Assembly (NCBI GenBank): GCA_965248355.1
Contig: OZ252098.1
Span: forward strand, 2,208,001 to 2,272,000
Direction of reading: 5' to 3'
Source: Candidatus Latescibacterota bacterium
GTDB lineage: Bacteria; Latescibacterota; UBA2968; UBA8231
DNA: 64,000 nt
Part shown: positions 47,319 through 56,594 of the stretch, in pieces
Layout of the letters: every line of letters begins with the position of its first letter
Numbering within the stretch: position 1 is the first letter of the stretch
Translations under genes and position numbers: made by a program
The notes under the pieces: model-generated
The model's input: the letters and a program-made list of their open reading frames with translations, nothing else
What the model was told of the DNA's origin: nothing
The model's database searches: none

Positions 47319-49307
47319 TTACCCCTGCTCCGGCGGCCACGGCTCCAGGCCGCGGACCCGCTCCGCCAGCTCCCGCCAGCGGCGCGGGCGGTACGGCGGC
47401 ACCTGGGTCTCGCGCAGATCGAAGCCGAAGGCGCGCTTGCTGAGCACGATGAGCGGCGGAGACTGGATGCGCTTGAAGAAGCTGACCCGCAGCTGGTCCT
47501 CCACCCACGCCAGGTCGTCGATCCACGTCCGGGGCGTGGGGAAGTAGCACCCGAAGGTGCGGTCGCCGTCGCGGCCCCCCCAGCCCAGCTCCGCGAACAG
47601 CCGCCCCTCCAGCAGCCACTGCATCAGGTCGGCCGGATGACGGCGGTACTCGATGAGCTGGCGCAGCACGGCGTCGTGGTACCCGTACTTGATCGGGTCG
47701 CCCTTGCCCCGGGTCACGTCCTGCTCGGCCGACAACTCGGCGCTGGGCACGGTGGAGCGGTCGAGCAGGTTCCGCGGGATCACCTCGCTGTCGTAGACCT
47801 CGGCGTTCAGGTACTCCCCCAGCTCGTAGACCTGCACCTTGTAGAGGTCGGCGATGGGGGCCACGGCGCCGGAGAGGTCGCCGTAGAGGGTGGTGTAGCC
47901 CAGGGCCATCTCGGTCTTGTTGCCGTTATTCGTGAACAGCAGGCCGTGCCTGGCGGCGAGGCCGGAGAGCACGTCGGAGCCGCGGATGCGGGCCTGCAGG
48001 TTCTCGTCCACGAGCGATCCGTAGTCACCGGCCGAGCGCGGAAAGACCGCCTCCCGCACGACGCGCGAGACGGCGCCGTAGAGCTCCTCGATGGGCACGC
48101 TCAGGTAGTCGATCCCCAGCTCTTCCGCCAGGCCCCGGGCGTTGTTGCGGGTCACGGCGGCGTTGAAGCGGGTGGGCATGTTGACGGCGAAGACCCGCCC
48201 GGGGCCGAAGGCGCGCTCCAGGAGACAGGCCACGACGCTGGAGTCGATGCCGCCCGACAGGCCCACGAGGTAGCGGTTGGCGCCGCCGCGGATGTGGTCG
48301 AGGTGGCGCAGTCCGGTGAGCACGGCGCCGTACACGGCCTCGACCTCCTTCGACGCAGCCGTAGATGTCTGCAAGGTGACCGCGGAAACCGCGTCGGCCG
48401 CGGCCTCGACCCGGGGCGGCTCCCCCCCGCCGGCGAAGACCACCTGCTCGCGCCAGGGCCGGGCGCGGGCGGCGATGGCGCCGTCGGGCTCGTACGCGGT
48501 GGTGTCGCCGTCGAAGACGAGGATGTTCTTGCCGTTGTTCTGCGCGCCCACGTGGTTGACGTAGAGGAAGGGCAGGGGCGACGGCCGCAGGATGTCGCGC
48601 ACCGTGCGGTTGCGCTTGTCGTTCTTCTGCCAGGTCCAGGGTGAGGAGGAGAGGTTGAAGACCGCCTCGGCCCCGGCGGCGGCGTAGAGGGAGAGGGTGT
48701 CGAGGACGGCGCCGTCCCAGCGGTAGTCGGCGCACCAGATGTCCTCGCACAGCTGCGCCCCGAAGCGGAAGCGGCCGCCCCCCCGGCGCGGCACCTCGAA
48801 GGGCACGGCCCACTCGGAGAGCGGGCGACCCTGCTCGGCGGCCAGCTTGCGCACCGAGTAGAAGTGCCGGTCGTCGTCGAAGAACCGGTAGTTGGGGTGC
48901 AGGGTCTTGGGCTGGCAGCCGGGAGGAAGTCCCGGCGGCAGGCCCGGGCGCTCCACCCAGCGGCCATCGTGACAGACGCGCGCCGTGTTGTACTTGCGCG
49001 GGCGACCGTCCTCGCCGAGGGCCTGGGGATCGCGGACGACGTTGCCGAAGAGGACGGTCACGCCCTCGCTGGCGGCGCGCACCTCGTCGCTGAGGGCGGC
49101 CCAGTCCTCCACCAGGGCGTCCACCTCCCACAGGTCGCCGACGATGTACCCCGAGAGGCACATCTCCGGAAAGGCGACGACCTCGGCGCCGCCCTCCCGG
49201 GCCTGCGAGATCAGCCGCCGGACGCGACGGGCGTTGGCCTCCGGCCGTCCCGGCAACACCTCCATCTGCGCCAGGGCGACGCGCGGCAGCTGCCGGAGGT
49301 GGGACAT
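47319..49307 (-). CDS. nadE: Glutamine-dependent NAD+ synthetase
   Basis: Nitrilase domain FPEMC / K / LCEDIW; synthetase GLSGGIDS, ENLQARIR, GYTTLYGD, PSAEL. Confidence 0.93.
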   Translation of the reverse strand: MSHLRQLPRVALAQMEVLPGRPEANARRVRRLISQAREGGAEVVAFPEMCLSGYIVGDLWEVDALVEDWAALSDEVRAASEGVTVLFGNVVRDPQALGEDGRPRKYNTARVCHDGRWVERPGLPPGLPPGCQPKTLHPNYRFFDDDRHFYSVRKLAAEQGRPLSEWAVPFEVPRRGGGRFRFGAQLCEDIWCADYRWDGAVLDTLSLYAAAGAEAVFNLSSSPWTWQKNDKRNRTVRDILRPSPLPFLYVNHVGAQNNGKNILVFDGDTTAYEPDGAIAARARPWREQVVFAGGGEPPRVEAAADAVSAVTLQTSTAASKEVEAVYGAVLTGLRHLDHIRGGANRYLVGLSGGIDSSVVACLLERAFGPGRVFAVNMPTRFNAAVTRNNARGLAEELGIDYLSVPIEELYGAVSRVVREAVFPRSAGDYGSLVDENLQARIRGSDVLSGLAARHGLLFTNNGNKTEMALGYTTLYGDLSGAVAPIADLYKVQVYELGEYLNAEVYDSEVIPRNLLDRSTVPSAELSAEQDVTRGKGDPIKYGYHDAVLRQLIEYRRHPADLMQWLLEGRLFAELGWGGRDGDRTFGCYFPTPRTWIDDLAWVEDQLRVSFFKRIQSPPLIVLSKRAFGFDLRETQVPPYRPRRWRELAERVRGLEPWPPEQG

Positions 49308-49323
49308 GCCGCGGCCGGTCCGC

Positions 49324-50466
49324 CTAGCCGGCGGCCACCGCCTCGGAGCGCCGCGCGGCGCGGATGCACCCGCCGAGCCGAAGGATGCCCTCGCGGATGC
49401 TGTCCACCGGGGGCTGACCGAAGGCCAGACGGATGTTGGGCACGTCCTCGCCGCGCACGTGGAAGCCGCGCCCCCGGGCGAAGCGGACGCCGCGTTCGTC
49501 GGCCAGCTCCTGCAGGCGGTCGAGGTCGAGGTCGCCGGGCAGGCGCACCCAGACGAACAGCCCGCCCACGGGCCTCGACCAGGTGCAGATGTCGCCCACG
49601 CTCTCCTGCAGCCCGGCGAGCACGGCGTCCCGCTTCTGCTTGAGGGCCGCGTTCGTGCGCTCGCAGTGCGCCCAGAGCCGGTCCCGGAAGAACTCGGCCA
49701 GCACCGACGCGGCCAGCAGGCTGTTGCCGCCGTCGTAGCGCCGGTCGAGGAGGCGCTGCAGCATGGGCGGACGGGCCAGGACGTAGCCCATGCGCACGCC
49801 GGGGCCGAGGATCTTGGACAGGGAGCAGATGTAGACGTGATCGGCGTCCGGGTCGAGGGCGTAGAGCGCGGGCGCCTTGGGCCCCTCGAAGTGGACGTCG
49901 CCGTAGCAGTTGTCCTCCACCAGGGGCACCCCGTGGCGCCGGGCCACCTCGATCAGCTCCAGGCGGCGGGTCCTCGGCATGACCAACCCGGTGGGGTTCT
50001 GATAGGTGGGCAGGGTGTAGACGAAGCGCGCCGGCGTGCCGGCCCGCTCCAGCTCGTGCAGCCTGGCGTCGAGGGCGTCCGCGCGCATGCCCTCCTCGTC
50101 GAGGCCGACGCCCTCCAGCCGCACGCCGAGGCGGCGGTAGGCGCCGATCGTGCCGGAGTAGGTCAGCTCCTCGCACACGACCACGTTCTCCCCGGCGCCG
50201 CCGGCCAACGCCTCGGCCACCAGGGTCACCCCCTGCATCGACCCGTTCATCAGGGCGATGTCCTCGGGCGATACGGGGACCCCCTCGCGGTCCGACTCGC
50301 GGGCGGCCATGACCTCGCGCAGGCCGAGGTGGCCCTGGTCGCCGGGGTAGCGCGTGAAGGCCTCCCCCACGCCGGGGATCGCCTTGACCGCGGCCTCGGC
50401 CAGCTCGGCGGTGGGAAAGGTCGAAGGGTTCGTGCAACCGCTGCCGAAGTCGTAGACGCCACTCAT
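49324..50466 (-). CDS. PLP-dependent class I aminotransferase (2-aminoadipate transaminase-like)
   Basis: YTLPTYQNPTG, EDNCY, SLSKILGPGVRMG. Confidence 0.88.
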   Translation of the reverse strand: MSGVYDFGSGCTNPSTFPTAELAEAAVKAIPGVGEAFTRYPGDQGHLGLREVMAARESDREGVPVSPEDIALMNGSMQGVTLVAEALAGGAGENVVVCEELTYSGTIGAYRRLGVRLEGVGLDEEGMRADALDARLHELERAGTPARFVYTLPTYQNPTGLVMPRTRRLELIEVARRHGVPLVEDNCYGDVHFEGPKAPALYALDPDADHVYICSLSKILGPGVRMGYVLARPPMLQRLLDRRYDGGNSLLAASVLAEFFRDRLWAHCERTNAALKQKRDAVLAGLQESVGDICTWSRPVGGLFVWVRLPGDLDLDRLQELADERGVRFARGRGFHVRGEDVPNIRLAFGQPPVDSIREGILRLGGCIRAARRSEAVAAG

Positions 50467-50482
50467 CTGGAGTTCTCCTGTT

Positions 50483-51496
50483 TCAATTCAACTCGAGCAA
50501 CTCGAGCCGTGGATTGTCGGTGCGGCCGGGGCGCCGTCCGCGCTTGGCCACGGGGAGGCCGTCCACCTCCTTCACGTCGGCCGTGAAGTCGACGGCGCGG
50601 GCGCCGCTGATGGCGCTGCCCACGCCGTACCCGTCCACCGGGGCGCCCGCCTGCCGGAAGGCGCGGATGCGCTCCGGCGTGAGGCCGCCGGAGACGAGGA
50701 TCCTCACCCCCCGGTGGCCGCCGCCGTCGAGACGGGACCGCACCCGGCCCACCAGCTCGGGCGTGACCCCGCCGAGCTCCGACGGCGTGTCGAGACGCAC
50801 CGCCCACAGCCGCTCCCCCATGGCCCCGGCGACCCTGACACTCTCCTCGGCCTCGTCGGCGAAGGTGTCCACCAGGACGGTGCGCCTCACGGCCGGATCG
50901 ATGTGGCGGTCGAAGGCGAGGGCCGCCTCCAGGGTGTCGCCGTAGAGCAGCACGAGGGCGTGGGGCAGGGTGCCCGTCGCCTCCAGGCCCGACAGGGCGG
51001 CGCCGGCCGGTGTGGCGCAGCCGCTGCAGCCGCCCACGACGGCGGCGTACTCCAGGCGGGGGCTCACGTCGGGATGCACGTGGCGGGCCCCGAAGTGGAC
51101 CACGGGAACGCCCCCGGCCTCGGCCACGCAGGCCGCCGCCGCCGTGGCCCAGCCCGTCTCGCCGGCCAGGGCGCCGAGGAACGCCGTCTCGTAGAGACCG
51201 AAGGCGCGGTACGGGCCGGCGACGCGCAGCACCACCTCTTCCGGCTCGAACCAGCAGCCCTCCGGCAGGCGCTCGACCGCGGCCCCCGCGACCCCGGCCA
51301 GGGCCCGGGCCAGCAGGGCCTCCACCTCGCGCATGCCGCACAGCAGGGCCCGCCGCCGGGCGAAGACCTCGATCACCGCCTGCGGGTCCCGGTCCTCCGC
51401 CTCGAGAACCTGCCGGGAGCGCAGGAAGTAGATGTCGGCGTTCTGCCCCGCCAGCGTCGCCGGCGAGGGCTCGAACCCCGGGGGGGCGGCCGTCAT
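50483..51496 (-). CDS. pncB: Nicotinate phosphoribosyltransferase
   Basis: ADIYFLR, FGARHVHP, GTLPHAL, LVDTF, VRLDTPS, VSGG. Confidence 0.88.
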   Translation of the reverse strand: MTAAPPGFEPSPATLAGQNADIYFLRSRQVLEAEDRDPQAVIEVFARRRALLCGMREVEALLARALAGVAGAAVERLPEGCWFEPEEVVLRVAGPYRAFGLYETAFLGALAGETGWATAAAACVAEAGGVPVVHFGARHVHPDVSPRLEYAAVVGGCSGCATPAGAALSGLEATGTLPHALVLLYGDTLEAALAFDRHIDPAVRRTVLVDTFADEAEESVRVAGAMGERLWAVRLDTPSELGGVTPELVGRVRSRLDGGGHRGVRILVSGGLTPERIRAFRQAGAPVDGYGVGSAISGARAVDFTADVKEVDGLPVAKRGRRPGRTDNPRLELLELN

Positions 51497-51498
51497 GA

Positions 51499-52026
51499 TC
51501 AGCGGTTGGTGACCCGCGCGCCGAGGATCTTCTCCATGTGATCCAGGGCCCACTCGTGCTGCCGGGGATCGAAGCTGGCCACGCAGTCGGCGGGCACCTC
51601 GACCTCGTAGTCGCGGTTGCGCAGGCCGGCCACCGTGTGCAGCACGCAGATGTCGGTGCAGTCCCCCATGACCACGACGCGCTCGGGACGCAGCTGTTGA
51701 AGCTGCTCGGCCAGGTCGGTCTCGAAGAAGGCGGAGTAGCGGCGCTTGACCACGCGCCTCGCCTCGGCGGCCAGATCGGCGAGCTCGTCGATGATCTCCT
51801 CCTCGCCGGATCCGGCCACGCAGTGGGGCGGAAACATCTTGAACTCGGCGTCGTCGGGCTCGTGCGTGTCCTGGGTGAAGAACAGGTCGGCGCCGGCAGC
51901 CTTCTCGCGCTCGACGCGGGCTCGCATGGGCGCGATGATCCCGCGCGCGCCCTCACCGCAGAACAGGGTGCCTCCGGGCTCCATGAAGCCCTTCTGCATG
52001 TCGACGACGATCACCGCGTTGGCCAT
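51499..52026 (-). CDS. pncA: Nicotinamidase (isochorismatase-like cysteine hydrolase)
   Basis: VVDMQKGF, QDTH, PPHC, GDCTDICV; upstream of pncB. Confidence 0.85.
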   Translation of the reverse strand: MANAVIVVDMQKGFMEPGGTLFCGEGARGIIAPMRARVEREKAAGADLFFTQDTHEPDDAEFKMFPPHCVAGSGEEEIIDELADLAAEARRVVKRRYSAFFETDLAEQLQQLRPERVVVMGDCTDICVLHTVAGLRNRDYEVEVPADCVASFDPRQHEWALDHMEKILGARVTNR

Positions 52027-52189
52027 GTCCACTCCTCCCGCGCCGCTAAGTTACGGCGGCCCTGCCCGGAGGGAAACGCACCCCGCGGCTCACGGCCACA
52101 GCTGTCGACGTCCGGACGGTCCCGGCCGCCGGTGACTATCCTGCAAGAACGCATCCCGTTCACGCGCGACATTTACTCCGCTCGCAGTC

Positions 52190-53227
52190 ATGACAAGGGA
52201 GAGGAAGACGACGTTGAACCTTCTCGATTCTGTCTGCTCGATCCTGCGCGAAGCCCCAGAGCCGCTCCACTACCGCGAGATCACGAAGCGCATCCTCGCT
52301 CGGAAGATATGGTCGACGCGCAGCAAGACGCCGGAGGCGACCGTGAATGCCCAACTATCAGTGGACATCAAGCAGCACGGCGATTCCTCGCGTTTCCGGC
52401 GGGTCGATCGCGGCGTATACGCCCTCACCCACCCGGCAGTTCCTCCGCAGGAGGTGGCCCCCCCGTCTGCCCCATTGTCGTTTCTCGACGCCGCCGAGCA
52501 AGTTCTGCGAGAAGCTGGAGATTCACTGCACTATGAGGAGATCACCAAGCGCGCGCTTGCGGCCGGGCTCATCCGCACGGGAAGCAAGACGCCGGCGGCC
52601 ACGCTGACAGCCAGTGTCGGTATGGACATCCGCAGGCGGAGCGAACGCGGGGAGGGGCAGCGCTTCTCGCGCCCCTCACGTGGGAAGATCGGGCTCGCCG
52701 CCGAGCACTCCCGCAGCGTCACCACCCGGATCGACAAACAGAATCGAGAGGTGGAAGCCCGGCTGCTGAACCGGATCCGGGAGGGATCGCCAAAGGACTT
52801 CGAACACCTTGTCGCGGGGCTGCTCGGTGAGACTGGCTTCCCGGATGTCGAGGTAACCCGCCACAGCGCGGATGGCGGAATCGACGTACGGGGGACGCTG
52901 GTCGTCGGCGATGTCGTACGCGTCCGAATGGCGGTGCAGGCCAAGCGCTGGGAGAGCAACGTCGGCGCGCAGACCGTCCGGGAGATGCGGGGCAGCCTTG
53001 GCGTGCACGAGCAGGGGCTGATCATCACGACCAGTGACTTCAGCTCCGGAGCGCGCAGGGAGGCGGAGCGCCCCGACGCGTCTCCGGTGGCGCTGATGAA
53101 CGGCGAGCAGTTCGCGTCCCTGCTTGCCGAGACAAGGATCGCGGAAGAGATGGGGGTGGAGCGTAAGCCGCTCGTGCTGCTGGCGCTGGGTGAACCGGAT
53201 GCCACCGAAGAGGGCGCCGAACAGTAG
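52190..53227 (+). CDS. Mrr-family restriction endonuclease with two N-terminal HARE-HTH domains
   Basis: Duplicated LHYxEITKRxL...SKTPxAT domains; FEHLV, DGGIDV, VQAKRW, ITTSDF. Confidence 0.85.
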   Translation: MTRERKTTLNLLDSVCSILREAPEPLHYREITKRILARKIWSTRSKTPEATVNAQLSVDIKQHGDSSRFRRVDRGVYALTHPAVPPQEVAPPSAPLSFLDAAEQVLREAGDSLHYEEITKRALAAGLIRTGSKTPAATLTASVGMDIRRRSERGEGQRFSRPSRGKIGLAAEHSRSVTTRIDKQNREVEARLLNRIREGSPKDFEHLVAGLLGETGFPDVEVTRHSADGGIDVRGTLVVGDVVRVRMAVQAKRWESNVGAQTVREMRGSLGVHEQGLIITTSDFSSGARREAERPDASPVALMNGEQFASLLAETRIAEEMGVERKPLVLLALGEPDATEEGAEQ

Positions 53228-53289
53228 GAGTCGAACGCCCGCGCCGTTGACACGCGCCTCCCGCGTTCTTGGTCGCCAAGGGGATGGCC

Positions 53290-54025
53290 ATGAGCACGGA
53301 GCTCCTTCCCGGCAAGCATCTCTTCGTGGACGACTTCCGCATCCAGGAGATGCACGCCGCCCGCCGGGTCCTGCATCAGCCCGAGAAGCACCCCCTCAAC
53401 CCGGTGTTGCGTCCCGAGCGGCCCTGGGAGAAGGTGTCGTTGCACGCCGGGCGCCTTCGTCTTCGACGAGGAGCGGGGATGCTTCCGTCTTTGGTACACC
53501 TCCGAGTCGCCACCGTCATCGGCACGCGGGTGCTGGTCCGCGACAATCCTCCCAAGGAATTCCGGGAGTACCAAATCTGCTACGCCGAGTCGGCCGGCGG
53601 CGTCCATTGGGAACGCCCCCATCTGGGCATCACCGCCGGACGGCCTACTGGAAGACGCGCCAGATCGGCCGGCGGGACAGCGACGACTTCGTCCACTGGA
53701 GCGGGAACCGGCCGTCCTGGAGAGCCGCCTCGGCGACACCCCCGGCCTGGAGTTCTACTACCTGCAGGGAGCGGTGCGGAACCAGACCTGGGCCGGCCCT
53801 TTACCTCGGCATGCTCGGCGCCTACCAGGCCGACCTGCGCCGCAAGTACGACCCGGCGCGCAACGACGGCGTCACCGACTGCCAGCTAGCCTGGAGCCGC
53901 GACTCGGTCCGCTGGGAGCGCTGGCCCGAGCCCTTCATCCCCCATGGCGAGCCGGGCTCCTTCGACCGGGCTAGCGTCTACTGCGAGTACCCGGCCATCC
54001 GCGGGGACCCCATCTACTCCGTACA
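53290..54025 (+). pseudogene. Degraded beta-propeller glycoside hydrolase-like gene
   Basis: Fragments in shifting frames: HLFVDD..., NPVLRPERPWE, FRLWY, CYAES..GVHWERP, SDDFVHWS, QLAWSRD..RWER. Confidence 0.7.
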
Positions 54026-54027
54026 TG

Positions 54028-54062
54028 AAAAAGGGCCCGGGAGGAATCCCCCCGGGCCCTTT
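54028..54062 (-). terminator. Intrinsic terminator (possibly bidirectional)
   Basis: AAAAAGGGCCCGGG-loop-CCCGGGCCCTTT. Confidence 0.75.
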
Positions 54063-54173
54063 GAGCGACCGGCCCCGCCTCGATTCACGGCGTCACGCCG
54101 CTATGCGGCCGGTCGACTGGCCCCCAAGGAAAGGGGAGCATCTTCCTCTGTCAAGGGACAGCAAAGCGGCCGT

Positions 54174-54599
54174 TCAATCTCTCCGCATGCTTTCGAAGTT
54201 GACTTCGTATCTGTCTTCGTCGATCTGATCGTGCGGTGGTTCAAGTCCGACCTCGAACAGAGTGGCGCGTCCATTGCCGAGAATGCCGTACTTCGTGGTG
54301 CTGGCCGAATCCAGGGCCCGGCCCTCCGCATCGTACACGATGATCGTCATCTTGACGCCTTCATCGCTGTCGAAGCCGCTCCCCGAATTGCGCACGAGCA
54401 CCGTGCAGCGAGTGAGTTTGCCGAAGAACAGGCTCAGGTCGACCGAGCCTTCGGCACTGATCACCTCGCCCTTGGGTGCGAAGGCGACGCTCTCGACGGT
54501 GAGAATCTCGTCGAGTTCATCTGGCGTAAGCAGCTTGTCACTTGCGCAACTGACAAGAGCGGACATGCAACCAGCGAGGACGAGGGCGTATTTCATCAT
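54174..54599 (-). CDS. Hypothetical lipoprotein (Ig-like/FxLYD-like)
   Basis: Lipobox LVSC; VRNSG...IIVYDAEGRAL. Confidence 0.65.
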   Translation of the reverse strand: MMKYALVLAGCMSALVSCASDKLLTPDELDEILTVESVAFAPKGEVISAEGSVDLSLFFGKLTRCTVLVRNSGSGFDSDEGVKMTIIVYDAEGRALDSASTTKYGILGNGRATLFEVGLEPPHDQIDEDRYEVNFESMRRD

Positions 54600-54603
54600 T
54601 GAT

Positions 54604-55473
54604 CTACAGAAACCGCGTGATGCCGAAACCGGTGCGCCAGTTGTCCGGTGCCGCGTCGTACGGCGCTCCCACGAGGTACTGGGACGGACTGAGGCGCGTG
54701 TTGTTGGTGGCGAGCAGGTAGAAGGTGTGCCCGCCCGTATCGAGGGAGAGACCCCAGGCCAGCGAGTGGTAAGAGCGCCCGCTCTCGCCCGGTGACAGGA
54801 TGCCCTGGTAGCCCGCCAGGGCCGGGCTGTACTCCAGCAGGATTCCCCAGGCGTGGTTGATGAAGTACTGGACATAGGTGCCCAGGGTGACGGTGTACTG
54901 CGGATCGACGCTGAAGATGGTGCTGTTGTACACGCAGGAAGGCACCAGTCCCAGGCCCAGCCTGTCGGCGACCATCGTGTTGAGGACGAGCTGGCCGTAG
55001 TACTGGAAGTTGTCGGCCGCGAGAGCACCTCGGTCGACGATGGCCGGCATCTCCGTGTTCCAGGCGGCGCCGGCGTTCAGGGCGAGGACGGCGGGGAACC
55101 GCTCGTGGTGGAACTGCAGCCAGCGGTAGCGGAGCTGCAGGTCGAGGTTGTCGAGCACGTTGCTTCGCCCCAGGGTCAACATCAGGCGGTCGCCGAGGCC
55201 GTAGCTGACGGACGTGCGGATGTTGGCCGGCCCGTCGAAGCCGAAGTTGGCCTTGTATCCCCTGTTGATGGGCGGCACGAAGCGATGGGAGATCTCGTAG
55301 TGGAAGCCGCCCCGGTAGAGGGTTTCAGTCGTGGGATAGTTGGGCGTCACGAGAGCGGTGAAGAGCTCCACTCGGCTCGTGACCGGCGCGCTCGGCTGCC
55401 ACGAGGGCTGGCCGCCGGCCAGGGCCGGAAGGAGCCCGAGGACGACCGTCAGACGCAAATGCCTCAGTTTCAT
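54604..55473 (-). CDS. DUF5777-like outer-membrane beta-barrel protein
   Basis: ISHRF...FGFDG, YGL.DRL, LDTGGHTF, GFGITR. Confidence 0.8.
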   Translation of the reverse strand: MKLRHLRLTVVLGLLPALAGGQPSWQPSAPVTSRVELFTALVTPNYPTTETLYRGGFHYEISHRFVPPINRGYKANFGFDGPANIRTSVSYGLGDRLMLTLGRSNVLDNLDLQLRYRWLQFHHERFPAVLALNAGAAWNTEMPAIVDRGALAADNFQYYGQLVLNTMVADRLGLGLVPSCVYNSTIFSVDPQYTVTLGTYVQYFINHAWGILLEYSPALAGYQGILSPGESGRSYHSLAWGLSLDTGGHTFYLLATNNTRLSPSQYLVGAPYDAAPDNWRTGFGITRFL

Positions 55474-56051
55474 TCGATCTCCTCCGGTGCGCCAAGGAAT
55501 ACCGAGACCTCCAGGTCGATCTCCTGGCTCACCTTGACGAAGGCCGCCAGGGCGGGGGCCTCGATGCCGTAGTCGGCCAGCTTCAGGGAGAAGGCGGCCT
55601 CGACTTTGGAGCGCTCCCCCTGCACCACGACGAGGCCGGGCACTCCGATCTCCCGTTCGACCCCGTGCAGGGACAGGGTGCCCCTGGTCTCGACGCGAAA
55701 GGCCGCCACCGACGAATCGACGACGGCGAGCTCGGTGATCTCCCCCTTGTACACCGCCTTGGGCCACTGGTCCGTGTCGAGCACCTCGCGCATGTCGCGG
55801 TCTCGCTTGCCGAGGCCGCTGTCGAAGTCCGCCAGGCTCACCTCGAAGTGGAGCTGGCTCTTCTCCGCAAAGAGGGAATCCCCTTCCCAGTAGATGAAGC
55901 CGTCGATCTGATCGGTCACCCCGGAGAAGCTGAAGGCGGCCACACTCGAGGTGTACCTCACCTGGTTCCCCCGGGCCTTCCTGTCCACGTGCCACTCGCC
56001 CCCCTCAACCGCGAGAGGAAGGCAGATCAGGAAGGCGAGGAGCCCGCGCAT
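55470..56051 (-). CDS. YceI-family lipid/polyisoprenoid-binding protein
   Basis: Signal peptide; FDSGLGKRDRDM, GTLSLHGVER, LADYGI. Confidence 0.88.
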   Translation of the reverse strand: MRGLLAFLICLPLAVEGGEWHVDRKARGNQVRYTSSVAAFSFSGVTDQIDGFIYWEGDSLFAEKSQLHFEVSLADFDSGLGKRDRDMREVLDTDQWPKAVYKGEITELAVVDSSVAAFRVETRGTLSLHGVEREIGVPGLVVVQGERSKVEAAFSLKLADYGIEAPALAAFVKVSQEIDLEVSVFLGAPEEIE

Positions 56052-56086
56052 GGGGTTCTTCCTTCGGGAGGGCGGCCGGTCCGGCC

Positions 56087-56497
56087 TCAGTCCCTCGGGG
56101 CTCCCCTCTCGATCCAGGCGCGCACGATCTCGAGGGAGGCGGCATCCAGGTACGGCCCCCCGAGAGGCATCCGCCCACCGGAGACCGGGGCATCCGGTAA
56201 CAGCTTGAGATACAGGTAGCTGCTGTCCGGGCGGCCTGGGTGGACCAAGGCGAGACCCTGGGTGCTCTCCACGCCGACGATGTTCCCGTACGCCGTGCCG
56301 GCGGACAGATCGGGCCAGGCGCTGCCACCGTGGCAGCCGCTGGAGGCGCAGGAGACGTCGAAGACCGTCGTCTGCACCCGCTCGAAGGTCGCCGGCCCTT
56401 CGGGGGAGGAATCGAAGACCATGTCCGTGCTCGTGGTCAGGTCGGAGCAGGCCGCGGCGATCACCATCAGGGGGAGCAGCAGGAGAGGCTTCTTCAT
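56087..56497 (-). CDS. Lipoprotein with cytochrome-c-like CxxxxCH motif
   Basis: Lipobox AAAC; CASSGCH; PGRPDSSYL..K; RMPLGG; WIERGA. Confidence 0.7.
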   Translation of the reverse strand: MKKPLLLLPLMVIAAACSDLTTSTDMVFDSSPEGPATFERVQTTVFDVSCASSGCHGGSAWPDLSAGTAYGNIVGVESTQGLALVHPGRPDSSYLYLKLLPDAPVSGGRMPLGGPYLDAASLEIVRAWIERGAPRD

Positions 56498-56594
56498 GGC
56501 CAATCGGTTCCGAGGACAGGTTGGAATCTCCATCGCGTACACGCATCGACGACAACGTGGCCGATTGGGCCTTCAAGAAAGCGCCGCCCTAACG

